From an uncultured Planctomycetota bacterium (GTDB taxonomy: Bacteria; Planctomycetota; Planctomycetia; Isosphaerales; Isosphaeraceae): a DNA stretch of 64,000 nt. The stretch spans positions 96,001-160,000 of the forward strand of contig CAWJTV010000022.1 in NCBI GenBank assembly GCA_963845755.1, written 5' to 3'. Below are positions 19,574 to 30,167 of this stretch, piece after piece (the stretch's first letter is position 1; each line of letters opens with the position of its first letter). The notes below the pieces were generated by a model. It was not told the DNA's origin. It ran no database searches and saw only the letters and a program-made list of their open reading frames with translations. The position numbers were made by a program, and so were the translations under genes.

Positions 19574-21988
19574 ATGTTTTCCAGCAGGCGGAACGATCGG
19601 CGGAGGAGCGGGCTGGCAACGATCGAGGCACGGAAACGGCGGCGGATACAGCCGACGTTGCTGGCGCTGGAGGACAGGCGGCTGCTGTCCAACATCGTCG
19701 TGACCAACACCGCCAGCAGCGGCACCGGCTCGTTGGCCTGGGCGGTCGGCCAGGCGAATTTGAACGGGGGCGCCGAGACGATCACTTTTGACAAAACGGT
19801 GTTCAAGACGGCACAGACCATCGACCTGAACGGCAGCCGGCTCGAGCTGAGCGACACGACCGGGACGGAGACGATCACGGGTCCCAAAGCGGGCGTTACC
19901 GTCAACGGCGGTGGCCTGAGCGGGGTGTTCGCGATCGACCCGGGTGTCAAGGCGTCGATCTCGGGACTGACGATCACCGGCGGCAGCACCGGGGGCTGCG
20001 GCGGCGGGGTGGATAACTCCCTTGGCACGGTCGCGTTGACCAACTGCACCGTCAGCGGCAACTCCTCAGTCGGTAACGGCGGCGGGGTGTATAACCTCTC
20101 TGGCACGGTCGCGTTGACCAACTGCACGATCAGCGGCAACTCGTGCGCCAACGGTAACGGCGGCGGTCTCAACAACTACACGGGCATTGCCAAGCTGACC
20201 AACTGCACGATCAGCGGCAACTCCGCCAACAGCGAAGGCGGCGGTCTGATAAACTCCGGCACGGCCACGCTGACCAATTGCAGCGTCAACGGCAACTTCG
20301 TCAATGGGGAAGGGGGCGGCATGGACAACTTCAGCATTGCCACGCTGACCAATTGCACCATCAGCGGCAACTCGGTCGGCTTTTTCGGCGGTGGTGGCCT
20401 GTACATCCACGGCGTTGGCACAACCAAGCTTCGCAATTGCACCGTCAGCGGCAACTCCGCCCCATACGGCGGTGGCCTGTATGTCAATGGCGAAAGCACG
20501 GCCACGCTGACCATTTGCACCGTCAGCGGCAACTCTGCCAAAGTCGGGGGTGGCATCCATGACAATGGCACGGCCACGCTGACCAATTGCACCGTCAGCG
20601 GCAACCAGGCCAACGCGGGGGGCGGCATCCTGATGGAGGGCGGCGGTGCCGTCAGCATCAGCAATTGCAAGTTGACCGGCAACGAGGCCCTCGGCACTCC
20701 AGCCGGCGGTGGGTACGGCGGCGCCATCGAGGACATGTCATCCTCGTCCGGCACGCTGACCGTCACCAATAGCACCTTCGACGCCAACGAGGCCATCGCC
20801 GTCGGTCCCAACGATCCCATCGTCAGTCCCTCCTACATCTTCGCAGCGGGCGGCGCGATCGACCTGAATCTGGCCAGTACCGGCTCGGCCACGATCAGCA
20901 ACAGCACGTTCACCGGCAACGAGGCGCTCGGCGGCAGCCCCGGCGCCAGTGCGGGCGGAGGGGCGCTCAGCAATTCCAGCAACGTGGGTGCGACCCTGAC
21001 CGTCACGGACTGCACGCTCAAGGACAACGAAGCCCTCGGTGCGGCCGACGGTGACGGTGTAACCAACTTCGGCTCCGGCCAGGGCGGCGGCATCAACAGT
21101 ATCGGCACCTTGACCGTTAGCGATTCGACCCTGACCGACAACCTGGCCCAGGGCGCGCCTCTGGCAGCGGACGTCGTCCCCTCGCAGGCAGTCTTGAGCA
21201 ACAGTGCGACCGCCGGCGGCGGCATCTTCTGCCTCGACCTCGCCGGCGGCCCCGTGCTGATTGCCGACAGCACGCTCACCGGCAATCAGGCGGTCGGCGG
21301 CTCCGGGCCGGCGCCGGCCCTCGCCGAAGGAGGCGGCATCTCCCTGGTCCTCGTTCCTTCCGGCCTCGTGGCCGACTGTACGGTCAACAACAACGTGGCT
21401 CAGGGCGGGGCCGGCGGCGCGGGCACGGCCGGCGCCGACGGCGTGAGCGGTGGCATCGACCTGTCGGGTGGCTCGGTCGTGACCGTCACCAACACCACCG
21501 TCAATCAAAACCAGGCCATCGGCGGCGCCGGCGGCGCCGGTGCCAATGGCGGCTCCGGCGTGGGCGGCGGCATCAACGTCGGCACCGGCTTCATCCTTTT
21601 CGGTGCCCCCGACAACTCCTCGCTGACGCTCATCGACTGCACACTTAACAAGAATGAGGCCATCGGCGGCGCCGGCGGTTCGGGCGCCAGCGGCGGCGAC
21701 GCCTGGGGCGGCGGACTGTCGGTCCTGACCGGTTCCGCCGCCCTTACCAACTGCACGGTCCACGCCAACCAGGCCAACGGCGCGAATGCCTACGGCGGCG
21801 GGATTTATGCCCTCGACAGCACCGTGGACGTGGAGAATTCCACCGTCAACGGCAACCAGGCCAACGGCTCGGTGGACGGCGAAGGTGGAGGGATTTATGC
21901 CTATGACACCACCTTGACTCTCGTGAACACGACCGTGAAAGGCAACAAGGCCACGACCGCCTACAGCAATATCTTCGACGGCCCGTGA
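19574..21988 (+). CDS. Extracellular right-handed beta-helix (Pmp-like, Gly-rich) protein with LExR-xLL N-terminus
   Basis: LLALEDRRLLS, then repeated LTNCTxSGNSA..GGG and GGAI motifs. Confidence 0.88.
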   Translation: MFSSRRNDRRRSGLATIEARKRRRIQPTLLALEDRRLLSNIVVTNTASSGTGSLAWAVGQANLNGGAETITFDKTVFKTAQTIDLNGSRLELSDTTGTETITGPKAGVTVNGGGLSGVFAIDPGVKASISGLTITGGSTGGCGGGVDNSLGTVALTNCTVSGNSSVGNGGGVYNLSGTVALTNCTISGNSCANGNGGGLNNYTGIAKLTNCTISGNSANSEGGGLINSGTATLTNCSVNGNFVNGEGGGMDNFSIATLTNCTISGNSVGFFGGGGLYIHGVGTTKLRNCTVSGNSAPYGGGLYVNGESTATLTICTVSGNSAKVGGGIHDNGTATLTNCTVSGNQANAGGGILMEGGGAVSISNCKLTGNEALGTPAGGGYGGAIEDMSSSSGTLTVTNSTFDANEAIAVGPNDPIVSPSYIFAAGGAIDLNLASTGSATISNSTFTGNEALGGSPGASAGGGALSNSSNVGATLTVTDCTLKDNEALGAADGDGVTNFGSGQGGGINSIGTLTVSDSTLTDNLAQGAPLAADVVPSQAVLSNSATAGGGIFCLDLAGGPVLIADSTLTGNQAVGGSGPAPALAEGGGISLVLVPSGLVADCTVNNNVAQGGAGGAGTAGADGVSGGIDLSGGSVVTVTNTTVNQNQAIGGAGGAGANGGSGVGGGINVGTGFILFGAPDNSSLTLIDCTLNKNEAIGGAGGSGASGGDAWGGGLSVLTGSAALTNCTVHANQANGANAYGGGIYALDSTVDVENSTVNGNQANGSVDGEGGGIYAYDTTLTLVNTTVKGNKATTAYSNIFDGP

Positions 21989-22054
21989 GATCTCCCCGAC
22001 CCGACTGAGCGCCGGGCCCTCCCGGTCGCGAGCTGCGTGATTGCCCGTCCATGA

Positions 22055-22100
22055 AAGGTGTCCGGAACCGCCGTGATCGCGTTCCGGACACCTTCTTTTC
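22055..22100 (+). terminator. Probable intrinsic terminator
   Basis: 14-bp stem AAGGTGTCCGGAAC/GTTCCGGACACCTT followed by CTTTTC, downstream of the beta-helix gene. Confidence 0.65.
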
Positions 22101-22383
22101 GGGCTCGCGAACCGGGGCAAAGAAGAGGGTGGCCAACGCCAGGAGGAGCGAAACTCAAGGGTACGGGACTCATTGTTCCCGGAATGAAAGCGACTCCCGC
22201 CTCCTTATCTGTCCGCGAGGGCCATGAGTGCGGAGGGCGTGTGGTCGATCCGATTTCCCCTGGCCGGCAATGAGCCGCACCGACGGGTTTGGCGCCTCGC
22301 GTACGCGCCGAACCATCCCGCCCAGGATGTTCGAGTTCCTGGTCGTGCGACCGAGCCGGTCCTTTGCGATGAGGAGGGAAGTC

Positions 22384-23046
22384 ATGAATGGAAATCCGCG
22401 CGTCAACCTGTGTTCGTGGGAAGAGCGACTGCTCGGCCACCCAGGGACGTTGAGAAGGACACTCACCATCCCGGTTCTGATCATGCTCGGAGCGGGGGTG
22501 GCCTACGTGAAGATTGACCACGCCACCCAGCCCCGTAAGGAACAGGCCGGGCACCTGGGCGCGGTCCTGTCGGACATGGCGGTTCCCGAGCCGCTCTTGC
22601 TCGAAGCGCAAAGAAGAGGGGAGAGGCCGGTTTTCACCGACTTCGGCGCCTACGAGGAGTTCCTCCTGAAACATGGACTCGCGGAGGGCGTCCTCATCAT
22701 CAGGGTCCGCTCCAGGGAAAGCAACTTCCTCTACGACGCGTTCCCGCCCTTGCGTGATCGCAACACGTTCTCCACCCTCACGGCCACCCTGCCGGATCTG
22801 GTTTCGGATCGGGGGGAGGAGTGCGAGCTTCGCCACCGCGTCCGCGTCTATCCCCTGCCTGTCATGCGGCTGTCAAGTCGGTCGGCCGCGGAGGGCGCCC
22901 TCGATGCGGGAGTTTTCCCCTCGCTGCGAAGGGAATGCCGTGATTCCGAAGACTCCCGAGCGGTCGAGGAACGCACGTTTCCACGGCCTTCGAATGGCGA
23001 GAGGCAGGTAGCGGGCAGCTCCGGCGCACGAGCGAAGTGGCGATGA
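22384..23046 (+). CDS. Hypothetical protein with one TM helix
   Basis: GAGGAGG upstream and hydrophobic TLTIPVLIMLGAGVAYV. No recognised domain. Confidence 0.4.
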   Translation: MNGNPRVNLCSWEERLLGHPGTLRRTLTIPVLIMLGAGVAYVKIDHATQPRKEQAGHLGAVLSDMAVPEPLLLEAQRRGERPVFTDFGAYEEFLLKHGLAEGVLIIRVRSRESNFLYDAFPPLRDRNTFSTLTATLPDLVSDRGEECELRHRVRVYPLPVMRLSSRSAAEGALDAGVFPSLRRECRDSEDSRAVEERTFPRPSNGERQVAGSSGARAKWR

Positions 23047-24316
23047 AGCCGAGGGAACGTCATACCGATCAATCCCAGGAAGAGCTGCTGCACCGAGCCG
23101 GGCGTGGTGTCGCGGTCCTGGATCTTTGAGGCCAGCCAACGCAAGCAATTCAGGCAAGCTCCCCGCCAGGCGCCACTTCTCCTCGAGCCAACGATCCAAC
23201 GAACGCGCCCACACGCTGGCGACTGGCTCTCGCCCAACAGGGCCCTCCGCAGGCGATCGAAACTGGCTCTGAATTCCGGTAGTCCCGCACTCGTGATAAA
23301 GCCAGCCCTTCTCCGGCCCAGAATGCCCGAGAATCGCCAGGGGAGCGAGGGGCGTCGCACGAACTGGTGGCGCCGGATCACCGGGAGTGGGGGAGAACCC
23401 GTTCGAAATCTCTCGCACTCCTGATGACGATGGTACCACTCAGGCCCTGAACGACCGAGAATCCCGTTAAGATGGGGACTCCTGTGCGAGTTGGCGGCCA
23501 TGGATCATCGAAAGTGGACGAGAGCCCGGATTCTCCGATCGGCCCCAAGAATCCTCAAACTCGACCGATTGTCGGGCGTCTCAAGGTGTTTCCACACTCA
23601 TTCAGAAAGTTCCGACCCATCCTCCTCGAGTCCACGGTCAAAAAATTAAGTTGAAAAATTTTAAAAGCCCATCCAATAACAACTTAGGGATCGAAAAAGT
23701 CGATTTCGAGGCATAGGTGCATTAATGAAATTTCAGAATTGCGGCATACTAAGATAGAGAAAGCGCAAATTGAGTCGGAATCACGGGCTTTGCCCCGCAT
23801 CAACAACGAGTTGCGGTCCTCATGGTCGGTTTTCACGCGTGATCGCCCACCGGGCAGACGGCCAACAAAGTAGAGCAGTGGCTGCCGTCGCCGAGGAGCC
23901 ATCGATCTCGAGCCAATCATCTCCAGACTGCGTGCATGTCCTTGTTTACTACGCGGTCACCCCAGGCGTGAAGTGCTCGAAATCGTGAGAGGAGCGGGTT
24001 GCACCGGTGCGGCTCAAGCATGGTACCAACGGCGAAGGCGCCGGTCCGGCGTGCTTTGAAATCGTGCAGAACGAACCGAACGCTGGAGTCGAGCGAGAGT
24101 TTTGCAAGAACTCGCGAAACGAGCCTCATGACGCCATGCGACACCCACACCGATGAAAATGGCGTCGAGCGGATTTCGGGCCCTGTGAATGGTCTCGGAC
24201 GTTTCTCTCTGGTGCCTTTGTATTTCGGCGGGGCTGGAGCCCCCCCGAAGCCCCAACTTTCAGAGCAACCCAAACTCAAGGGTGAGAAGCCGACGAGGGC
24301 CGGTCAAACACCTGTA

Positions 24317-24402
24317 AAACGAAGCCATCTGCCATATCGACAGCTTTTGTAACGCTCCAACGAACTTGCGAAACGAAGCCACCTGCCATATCGGCAGTTT
24401 TG
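24317..24402. repeat. Pair of ~32-bp imperfect direct repeats
   Basis: AAACGAAGCCA(T/C)CTGCCATATCG(A/G)CAG at 24317 and 24371. Confidence 0.7.
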
Positions 24403-24644
24403 CCGCGAGTTCGTTGGCATAGGGGGTAGAACGATCAGTGATCACCTGTCAATTTCCGAACCCAGGCGAGCACCTGCGGCGCCCTGGCCTGGATTGCCAT
24501 GAGGGCGTAGGTCCATCCCCAGAACAGCACCCATGCCAGCGCGATCCAGCCGCGCCAGTCCACGCGGTCTCGAGCCAGATTGGGTCTTGTATGTCTCTGT
24601 GCCATTCAACATCCCCTCGAATTGAGGGCCGAGACGGAGAGCCG

Positions 24645-26003
24645 TCAGAGGGGTGCGTGGGGCGACTCCGCGCGGTGAGTTCGGGACCACCAACGCATGG
24701 CGCTGCGGTAGACCCGGTCAGGATCCAGTCCGGACATGCAGGGGTGGTCGGCGAGCGGACAGACCTTCTGGTGGCACGGCTGGCAGGGGACGCGGCGGCG
24801 GATGGTGAGGGAATGTCGCGACCAGGGCCGCCACTGACGGGGTTGGTTGGTCCCGCTGAACAGGATGACCGAGAGCGTGCCGGCGGACGCCGCCAGGTGA
24901 GCCGGTCCGGAGTCCGCCCCGATAAACATGTCGGCACGCTCCAGGAGGGCGGTGGTCTGGGTGACGGTCAGGGTCCCGGTCCAGTCTCGGAGGCGGTCGT
25001 TCGGGGTCAAGCCTTCCGAGAGCGGGAGGTCATCGATCCCCCCAACGACGATCACCCGCCATCCGTCGGCGAGGAAGCGCGCGATCAGGGCGTTCCAGGA
25101 CTGGCGCGGCCAACGCTTGGCCGCATTGCCGGCCCCGAGATGGACGGCCACAAGGGGGGGCCGTGGCGAGAAGCGGCCGGCGTGCAGCCAGTCGGGCTCG
25201 TCGGGAACAGCACCCGGCACGGAGGTGGCGGGACGGGATTGTCGGTCGTCCGCGTGACGCCCGCGACGGGTCCGGGCATGGACCTCCAGCCGGCGCGAGC
25301 CGACGCTTCGCCGGGGCCAGGCTTCCACCAGCCGTCGGGCGACGATGACCCGGTCGTCGTCGGTCACGTGGACATCGACCCGCGCCGATTCGTCCGGAGC
25401 GATGCCCAACTGGGTCAGCAGGGCCAGCCGGGAGCGAACCTCATGGCGGCCGGGAATCCAGCCGGCGACGTCGGTCAGCAAGAAGGCCCCGCCGCCCATC
25501 GACCAGCCCACGCGGCGGCGGACTCCCGCCAGCGTCAGCACCATCACGCTGAGGACATCGCCACGCACGTCGATGCCGAGGTCGTAACCCATGCTCCGAA
25601 GCGAGCGACCGAGGCTCCAGACCGCGGTGGCCAGCGCCCAGCGGTCGGGCCGGCGCTCGAACCATGTCCGCTCGGCGACCCAGACCCGGTCGACCTGGGG
25701 ATCGGCCTCGAAGACCTCGTGATTGCTCGGAGAAGCCAGCACGTCGATCGCCGCCGCGGGATAGGCGGCCCTCAGCTCCGCGATCAGGGGCGTGCTGAGT
25801 ACCGCATCGCCGAGGTGGTCCAGTTGCACGACCAGGATCCGCCGCGGCGCGGTCACCGGCTGGGCCGGCCGGAATCGCCGCAGGATGGACACGGCGATCG
25901 TCCCCAGCAGGTCGAGCGCGCGGACCAGCAGCCGCCAGCGGAGCTTGCTGTAGCGGTACTTCCCGACCTGAACGGGCCTGGGCTTCACGCGCGACTGGGT
26001 CAT
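24645..26003 (-). CDS. Glycosyltransferase family 9 (heptosyltransferase-like)
   Basis: ILVVQLDHLGDAVL, AKRWP, FIGADSGPAHLAA and CQPC...C motifs. Confidence 0.9.
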   Translation of the reverse strand: MTQSRVKPRPVQVGKYRYSKLRWRLLVRALDLLGTIAVSILRRFRPAQPVTAPRRILVVQLDHLGDAVLSTPLIAELRAAYPAAAIDVLASPSNHEVFEADPQVDRVWVAERTWFERRPDRWALATAVWSLGRSLRSMGYDLGIDVRGDVLSVMVLTLAGVRRRVGWSMGGGAFLLTDVAGWIPGRHEVRSRLALLTQLGIAPDESARVDVHVTDDDRVIVARRLVEAWPRRSVGSRRLEVHARTRRGRHADDRQSRPATSVPGAVPDEPDWLHAGRFSPRPPLVAVHLGAGNAAKRWPRQSWNALIARFLADGWRVIVVGGIDDLPLSEGLTPNDRLRDWTGTLTVTQTTALLERADMFIGADSGPAHLAASAGTLSVILFSGTNQPRQWRPWSRHSLTIRRRVPCQPCHQKVCPLADHPCMSGLDPDRVYRSAMRWWSRTHRAESPHAPL

Positions 26004-26023
26004 ACACCATCCGGTCTGTGTGA

Positions 26024-26078
26024 GGTGGGTGAAAACCCACCGGTATCGGGCCATTTCCCTGGTGGGTTTCACCCACCC
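26024..26078. repeat. REP-like palindromic element
   Basis: GGTGGGTGAAAACCCACC...GGTGGGTTTCACCCACC. A near-identical copy lies at 57857-57917. Confidence 0.8.
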
Positions 26079-26081
26079 TTC

Positions 26082-27206
26082 TTAGCGACCAATCTGGTCA
26101 TAGACCTCCGCCGTGACCTGGGCCACATGAGGCCAGAGATAGTGGGTCGCGACCCAGGGCGCCAGCCGAGGGTCGGGGCCATCCTCCCAGCATGCCTTGA
26201 GGCTGCGTCGAATCTCCTCGGGGCGGTCGGGACGAGCGTACGCGACCAGGCCGCCGAAGTAATCCCGGGTCGATCCGAATGGCGTGATCATCACGGAGCA
26301 ACCCGCCAGCGCGGCCTCCAGGGCGGCCAGGCCGGGCGTCTCGAACCAGCTCGGCAAGGCGAAGACGCGCGCCGCGGAGTAGGCCGAGGCCAGGACGGCG
26401 TCGTGGTGGTCCAGCCGTCCCAGCCAGGTCACCAAGCCCTCGCCGGCCTGCCGGCACTTCTGGGCATACCCCCGGTACCCAGGCGCCGCCTCGCCGATGA
26501 CGACCAGCGGCAGCCCCAGCCGTCGGATCGCCTGGACCAGGCCCAGCGTGTTCTTCCGCGGCTCGATCCGCCCGACCGAGAGGACGAAGGGATCCGGCCC
26601 CCATCGCTCGCGGAACGGTTCCGGAGTGGCCGTGCCGAACGCCGGGAGCACGCCGTTGGGTACGATGTGGAAGCGCTCCCGCGCGACGCCGAAGAGCCTC
26701 GCCAACTGGTCGGCCTCGGCCCGCGAGTTCGGCAAGACTGCATCGGCCAGGTGCAGCAACTCGCGACGCCAGGAGGGGACGCGGTGGGTGAGGCGTCGCA
26801 AGCACCAGGCCGCCAGCCCCACGGCCTTCCGCGCGGGATGCGTCTCGAGCGCGGCCAACGCGCGGGGTTCGTACCAGCAGATCGGCGAGAGGACGACCGG
26901 GACGCGGCGGGTCCGGGCCAGGCGGGCCAGCTCGAGCCCCTCGCGCGACATCCCGAAGAGGTGGAGCAACCGGGCCGACTCGAGGCGATCGATCCACGGC
27001 GAGAACAGACGGACCGGGACGTCCAGCGACTCGAGGTGCCGCGCAGTCTGCACCAGTTGATTCTCGCCGCCGCCGGGCGCCTGGAACGCGACGGCCGGCG
27101 CGTGCAGAAAGACTGCTCCCGCCGGGCACTCGCGCCGGTTCCGGGATGCCAGCCACGACTCCGTCGTCGCCGGGGCCGTCCGGGTGATCGGATGGTTTCG
27201 CCTCAT
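26082..27206 (-). CDS. Glycosyltransferase family 4
   Basis: GGGENQ, VPNGV, VGRIEPRKN and ETPGLAALEAALAG motifs. Confidence 0.9.
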   Translation of the reverse strand: MRRNHPITRTAPATTESWLASRNRRECPAGAVFLHAPAVAFQAPGGGENQLVQTARHLESLDVPVRLFSPWIDRLESARLLHLFGMSREGLELARLARTRRVPVVLSPICWYEPRALAALETHPARKAVGLAAWCLRRLTHRVPSWRRELLHLADAVLPNSRAEADQLARLFGVARERFHIVPNGVLPAFGTATPEPFRERWGPDPFVLSVGRIEPRKNTLGLVQAIRRLGLPLVVIGEAAPGYRGYAQKCRQAGEGLVTWLGRLDHHDAVLASAYSAARVFALPSWFETPGLAALEAALAGCSVMITPFGSTRDYFGGLVAYARPDRPEEIRRSLKACWEDGPDPRLAPWVATHYLWPHVAQVTAEVYDQIGR

Positions 27207-28703
27207 ACGCCGATCCTCGCTCGCTTGAGCTTCCACCATCTCAGCCCGCGCTTGACCCGGTTTGGCAGCGACGAGCGAGGGATTTCCGCGAGGGGCGTCA
27301 CCGTCTCCCAGTCGATCGCGGTCTGCACAGCGCCCTTGAAGCTCAACGGCCTGCGGTCGATCTGGGGCGGGTCGGGGATCGGTCGCCGTGCCGCCGCTCC
27401 GCTCGTAGACCAGCCCGGTGAGACTCAGCGACATCCGCGGTCCCGTCACCGGCAGGGCGCAATGGAAGTCCCCGCGATGGATCTCCAGGGCAAACGGGTA
27501 TTCACCGTCCCACTCGTCGAACTGGATATCCAACCGCTGTCCCTCCCGGGGAATGACCAGCCACTTCCGCTCGGCACGCCAGCGCCACCAGCGCGCCAGG
27601 TCCGTGAAGGTCGCCCGCCAGACCAGGGGCCGGCTGGTCACCACCTGCGTGAGAATTCGCAAGATCTCGGGCATCCGGCCGAGCCGGCGCTCGGGATGTC
27701 CGTAGGCGATGGCGAGCTCTCCGGCATCCAGCCGCGCGGCGACGACCTGGCCGAGGGCCTCGCCGATGACGCGGGGGTCGGCGATGCCGGCCTCGAGGAA
27801 CAGCCCCTCGCAGACCGGATGCACGGGGATCTGGAGGATTCGCGAGAACCGGTCGCCCTTCCAGGGGTAGAACGGGAGGTCGTCGTAGCCGACCTGGAAG
27901 TCCGAGGAGTAGAGGTAGCCGAAGTCCTCGAGGGCGTCGTCAAGGCCGGGACTCCATCGGCCGTGCGGTCCGGCGAAGCCGCACGGCTCGACGCCGAAAG
28001 TCCGGAGGATCCGATGGGCACGCTCCAGATTGATCCGGTTGGCCTCCGGCTCGCGATAGACGTGATGAAAGTGTCCGTGCGATTGCGTGTCGCAATCCCG
28101 CAAGTCGCGGAGGACCGTCGGATGATGGGCGTAAGCCTGTGTGCTGACGAAATGGGTGCAGCAGTCGGCCAGCGGTTTCCTGGCAGCGGCGAAGCGGTGG
28201 TAGTCCTCGGGCAGGGTCTCGTCGAGGTCGGCCCGAAAACTGAAGGCCGAGCGATAGGGATAGGGAAAAGGAGCCAGCCGGATCCACACACCACCCGCCC
28301 GGGTCACGGCCTCGCGCGAGCCGGGCGACCAGGCGACGGCGGATCCACGCCTTGGGATCTCGCGAGACCCGTTCGTGGATCCGATGCTCGCCCACGGCCC
28401 AGGAGGCGCGTGCGCCGACCGATGGCCGGCCAGGGCGACGAACGGGTCGCAGGGCTCGCCTTCTCGCAGGTTATCGACATCGATCAAGACGTGTTCCGAG
28501 GTCAAGAGGCCGACGAGCGATCCTCGGGGCGTAGTGTGGCCGTCGAACAGGACGAACCGACCGCTGCGGAACGAGAGGGGGTGGGCATCCTTGACTGTCT
28601 CGAACGGCACGCCTTCCTGGGCGAGCATCAGCTCCAGGCCGGGCGGCGTGCGCCAGAGCAACAGCGGCAGTGATGCGGGAATCGATGAGTAGCGTGGTTT
28701 CAT
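27203..28703 (-). CDS. Polysaccharide deacetylase (NodB-like) domain protein (frameshifted)
   Basis: FRADLDE, QSHGHFH, GFAGPHG, YSSD and YGHPE motifs. Overlaps both neighbours by ATGA. Confidence 0.7.
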
Positions 28704-29403
28704 GCGAGTCCTCCGGGCGTCCGCGCCGTCCATGCCGCGAAGAGTCGCGCGGCCGGCACCTGTTGGAACGGGAACCGGCCCGCCTCGACTCTCGAGAGCA
28801 GGTGGACGACCCGGACCTCGGCGAACCGGCGCTCCAGCCGCCGGCGCAGGCCGCCCGGCCGGAACCAACGCTCCCGCACCATCCCGCGATGGGGGTACAT
28901 CCACCGGCCGCGCCGTTCGTCGATCCACTTCACCGCCACACTGGGCAGCCAGCGGCGCCGCGCGTTCAAGGAATACACGTTCTTGTTGACCACGACGAAC
29001 GTCCCGCCCGGCCGGAGCACGCGACGCACCTCGGCACAGGCCGCGTCGACCGCGCCGGGGGCGAGGTGTTCGAACACCTCCACGGCGATGGCGGCATCGA
29101 AGGTTGACGGCCCGAAGGGGAGCCGGCGCGCGACGCTCGCACGCGATCCCATCCCGCCCCGTCGGTCCCGGCGAGCATCGCCGGGGACACGTCGAGCCCG
29201 ACCACGCTCGCCCCGCGATCTCCCAGCGCCCGGGCGAACCGCCCTTTACCGCAGCCCAGGTCGAGGACCCGACGGCCGGCCAGCGGACGCAGACATCCGA
29301 GAATACTGAGGAGGCGCGGGTCGTCCACGGCAACCTCGTCCTTGAACCGCGCGTGCAGGGCGTCGAACCGCGCGGCGACGGCCGCTTCGTAATCCGCGAT
29401 CAT
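28700..29403 (-). CDS. Class I SAM-dependent methyltransferase (frameshifted)
   Basis: VLDLGCGKGRF, GLDVS, LPF...FDAAIAVEVFEHL and RVLRPGG motifs. Confidence 0.85.
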
Positions 29404-30167
29404 GGGGTCCTCCCCGCCAGGGTCAGCTCGCGGTGCTTCCAGGCCCGCACCGCCGCCGACACGCCCGAGAACAGGCAGAACATGAACCCCTCGACGCCGT
29501 CGCGGAACCCCTGCTTGAGCACATAAAGCTTAAAGAAGGTCCAGAATGGATGAATCGCCAGGTCGGTCGTCCGATAGGCCCGCCGAGCGGCGGCCAACCC
29601 CGCGGCCTCCAGCGTCGTGTAATTATTGATCTTCTCCAGGAAGATCCGCATGGTGGGGATTGTCCGGTGTCGCAGGTCATTGTGGACAGCGCCAGCGACT
29701 CCGCGGAGCTCGACGATCTCATGGACCAGGCCGACCCATCGTCCGGAATCGCGCCGGAAGAGGCGCAACGGCAGGTCGTGCTGGGTCCCGGAGAAGCCGA
29801 AGCGGCGGCCGAGGATCTCGCTGCGAATCGGCACGCGGTATCCCTGGTATGGGGCATCGGGATCCGCGATGACCCGCCGGATCTCGGCGGCCAGCGCGGG
29901 AGTGATGCGCTCGTCGGCATCCAAGGACAACACCCAGTCGCCCGACGCCAGGGCCAGCGCGGCGTTTCGCTGGCCGGCGAAGTCGTCAAAGGCCCGGACC
30001 GATACCACGTCCGCGACGCGCCGGGCGATCTCCGCGGTGGCGTCGCGACTGGTCGCGTTGACCACGACGACGCGCTCGTCGGCCCACGCTGCCGCCGCGA
30101 GGCAATCGGCGAGGTTGTGCGCCTCATCCTTGGCCACCACCAGCACCGAGATCCGGGGCTCAGGCAT
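29400..30167 (-). CDS. Glycosyltransferase family 2 (WaaE/KdtX-like)
   Basis: ISVLVVAKDE, FAGQRN, WVLSLDADE, VHE and GFRDGVEG motifs. Confidence 0.9.
   Translation of the reverse strand: MPEPRISVLVVAKDEAHNLADCLAAAAWADERVVVVNATSRDATAEIARRVADVVSVRAFDDFAGQRNAALALASGDWVLSLDADERITPALAAEIRRVIADPDAPYQGYRVPIRSEILGRRFGFSGTQHDLPLRLFRRDSGRWVGLVHEIVELRGVAGAVHNDLRHRTIPTMRIFLEKINNYTTLEAAGLAAARRAYRTTDLAIHPFWTFFKLYVLKQGFRDGVEGFMFCLFSGVSAAVRAWKHRELTLAGRTP

Noticed and set aside
24317..24402. Two repeats as a mini-CRISPR
   Set aside because: Only two imperfect units with a ~22-bp gap, and no cas genes.
24438..28673. 1411-aa plus-strand ORF
   Set aside because: Antisense shadow of the GT9, GT4 and deacetylase genes. 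Long shadow ORFs are common in high-GC DNA and this one has no motifs.
26082..29333. 1083-aa apparent deacetylase-GT4 fusion
   Set aside because: Frameshifts chain three genes together. Each has its own ATGA-overlapped start and stop.
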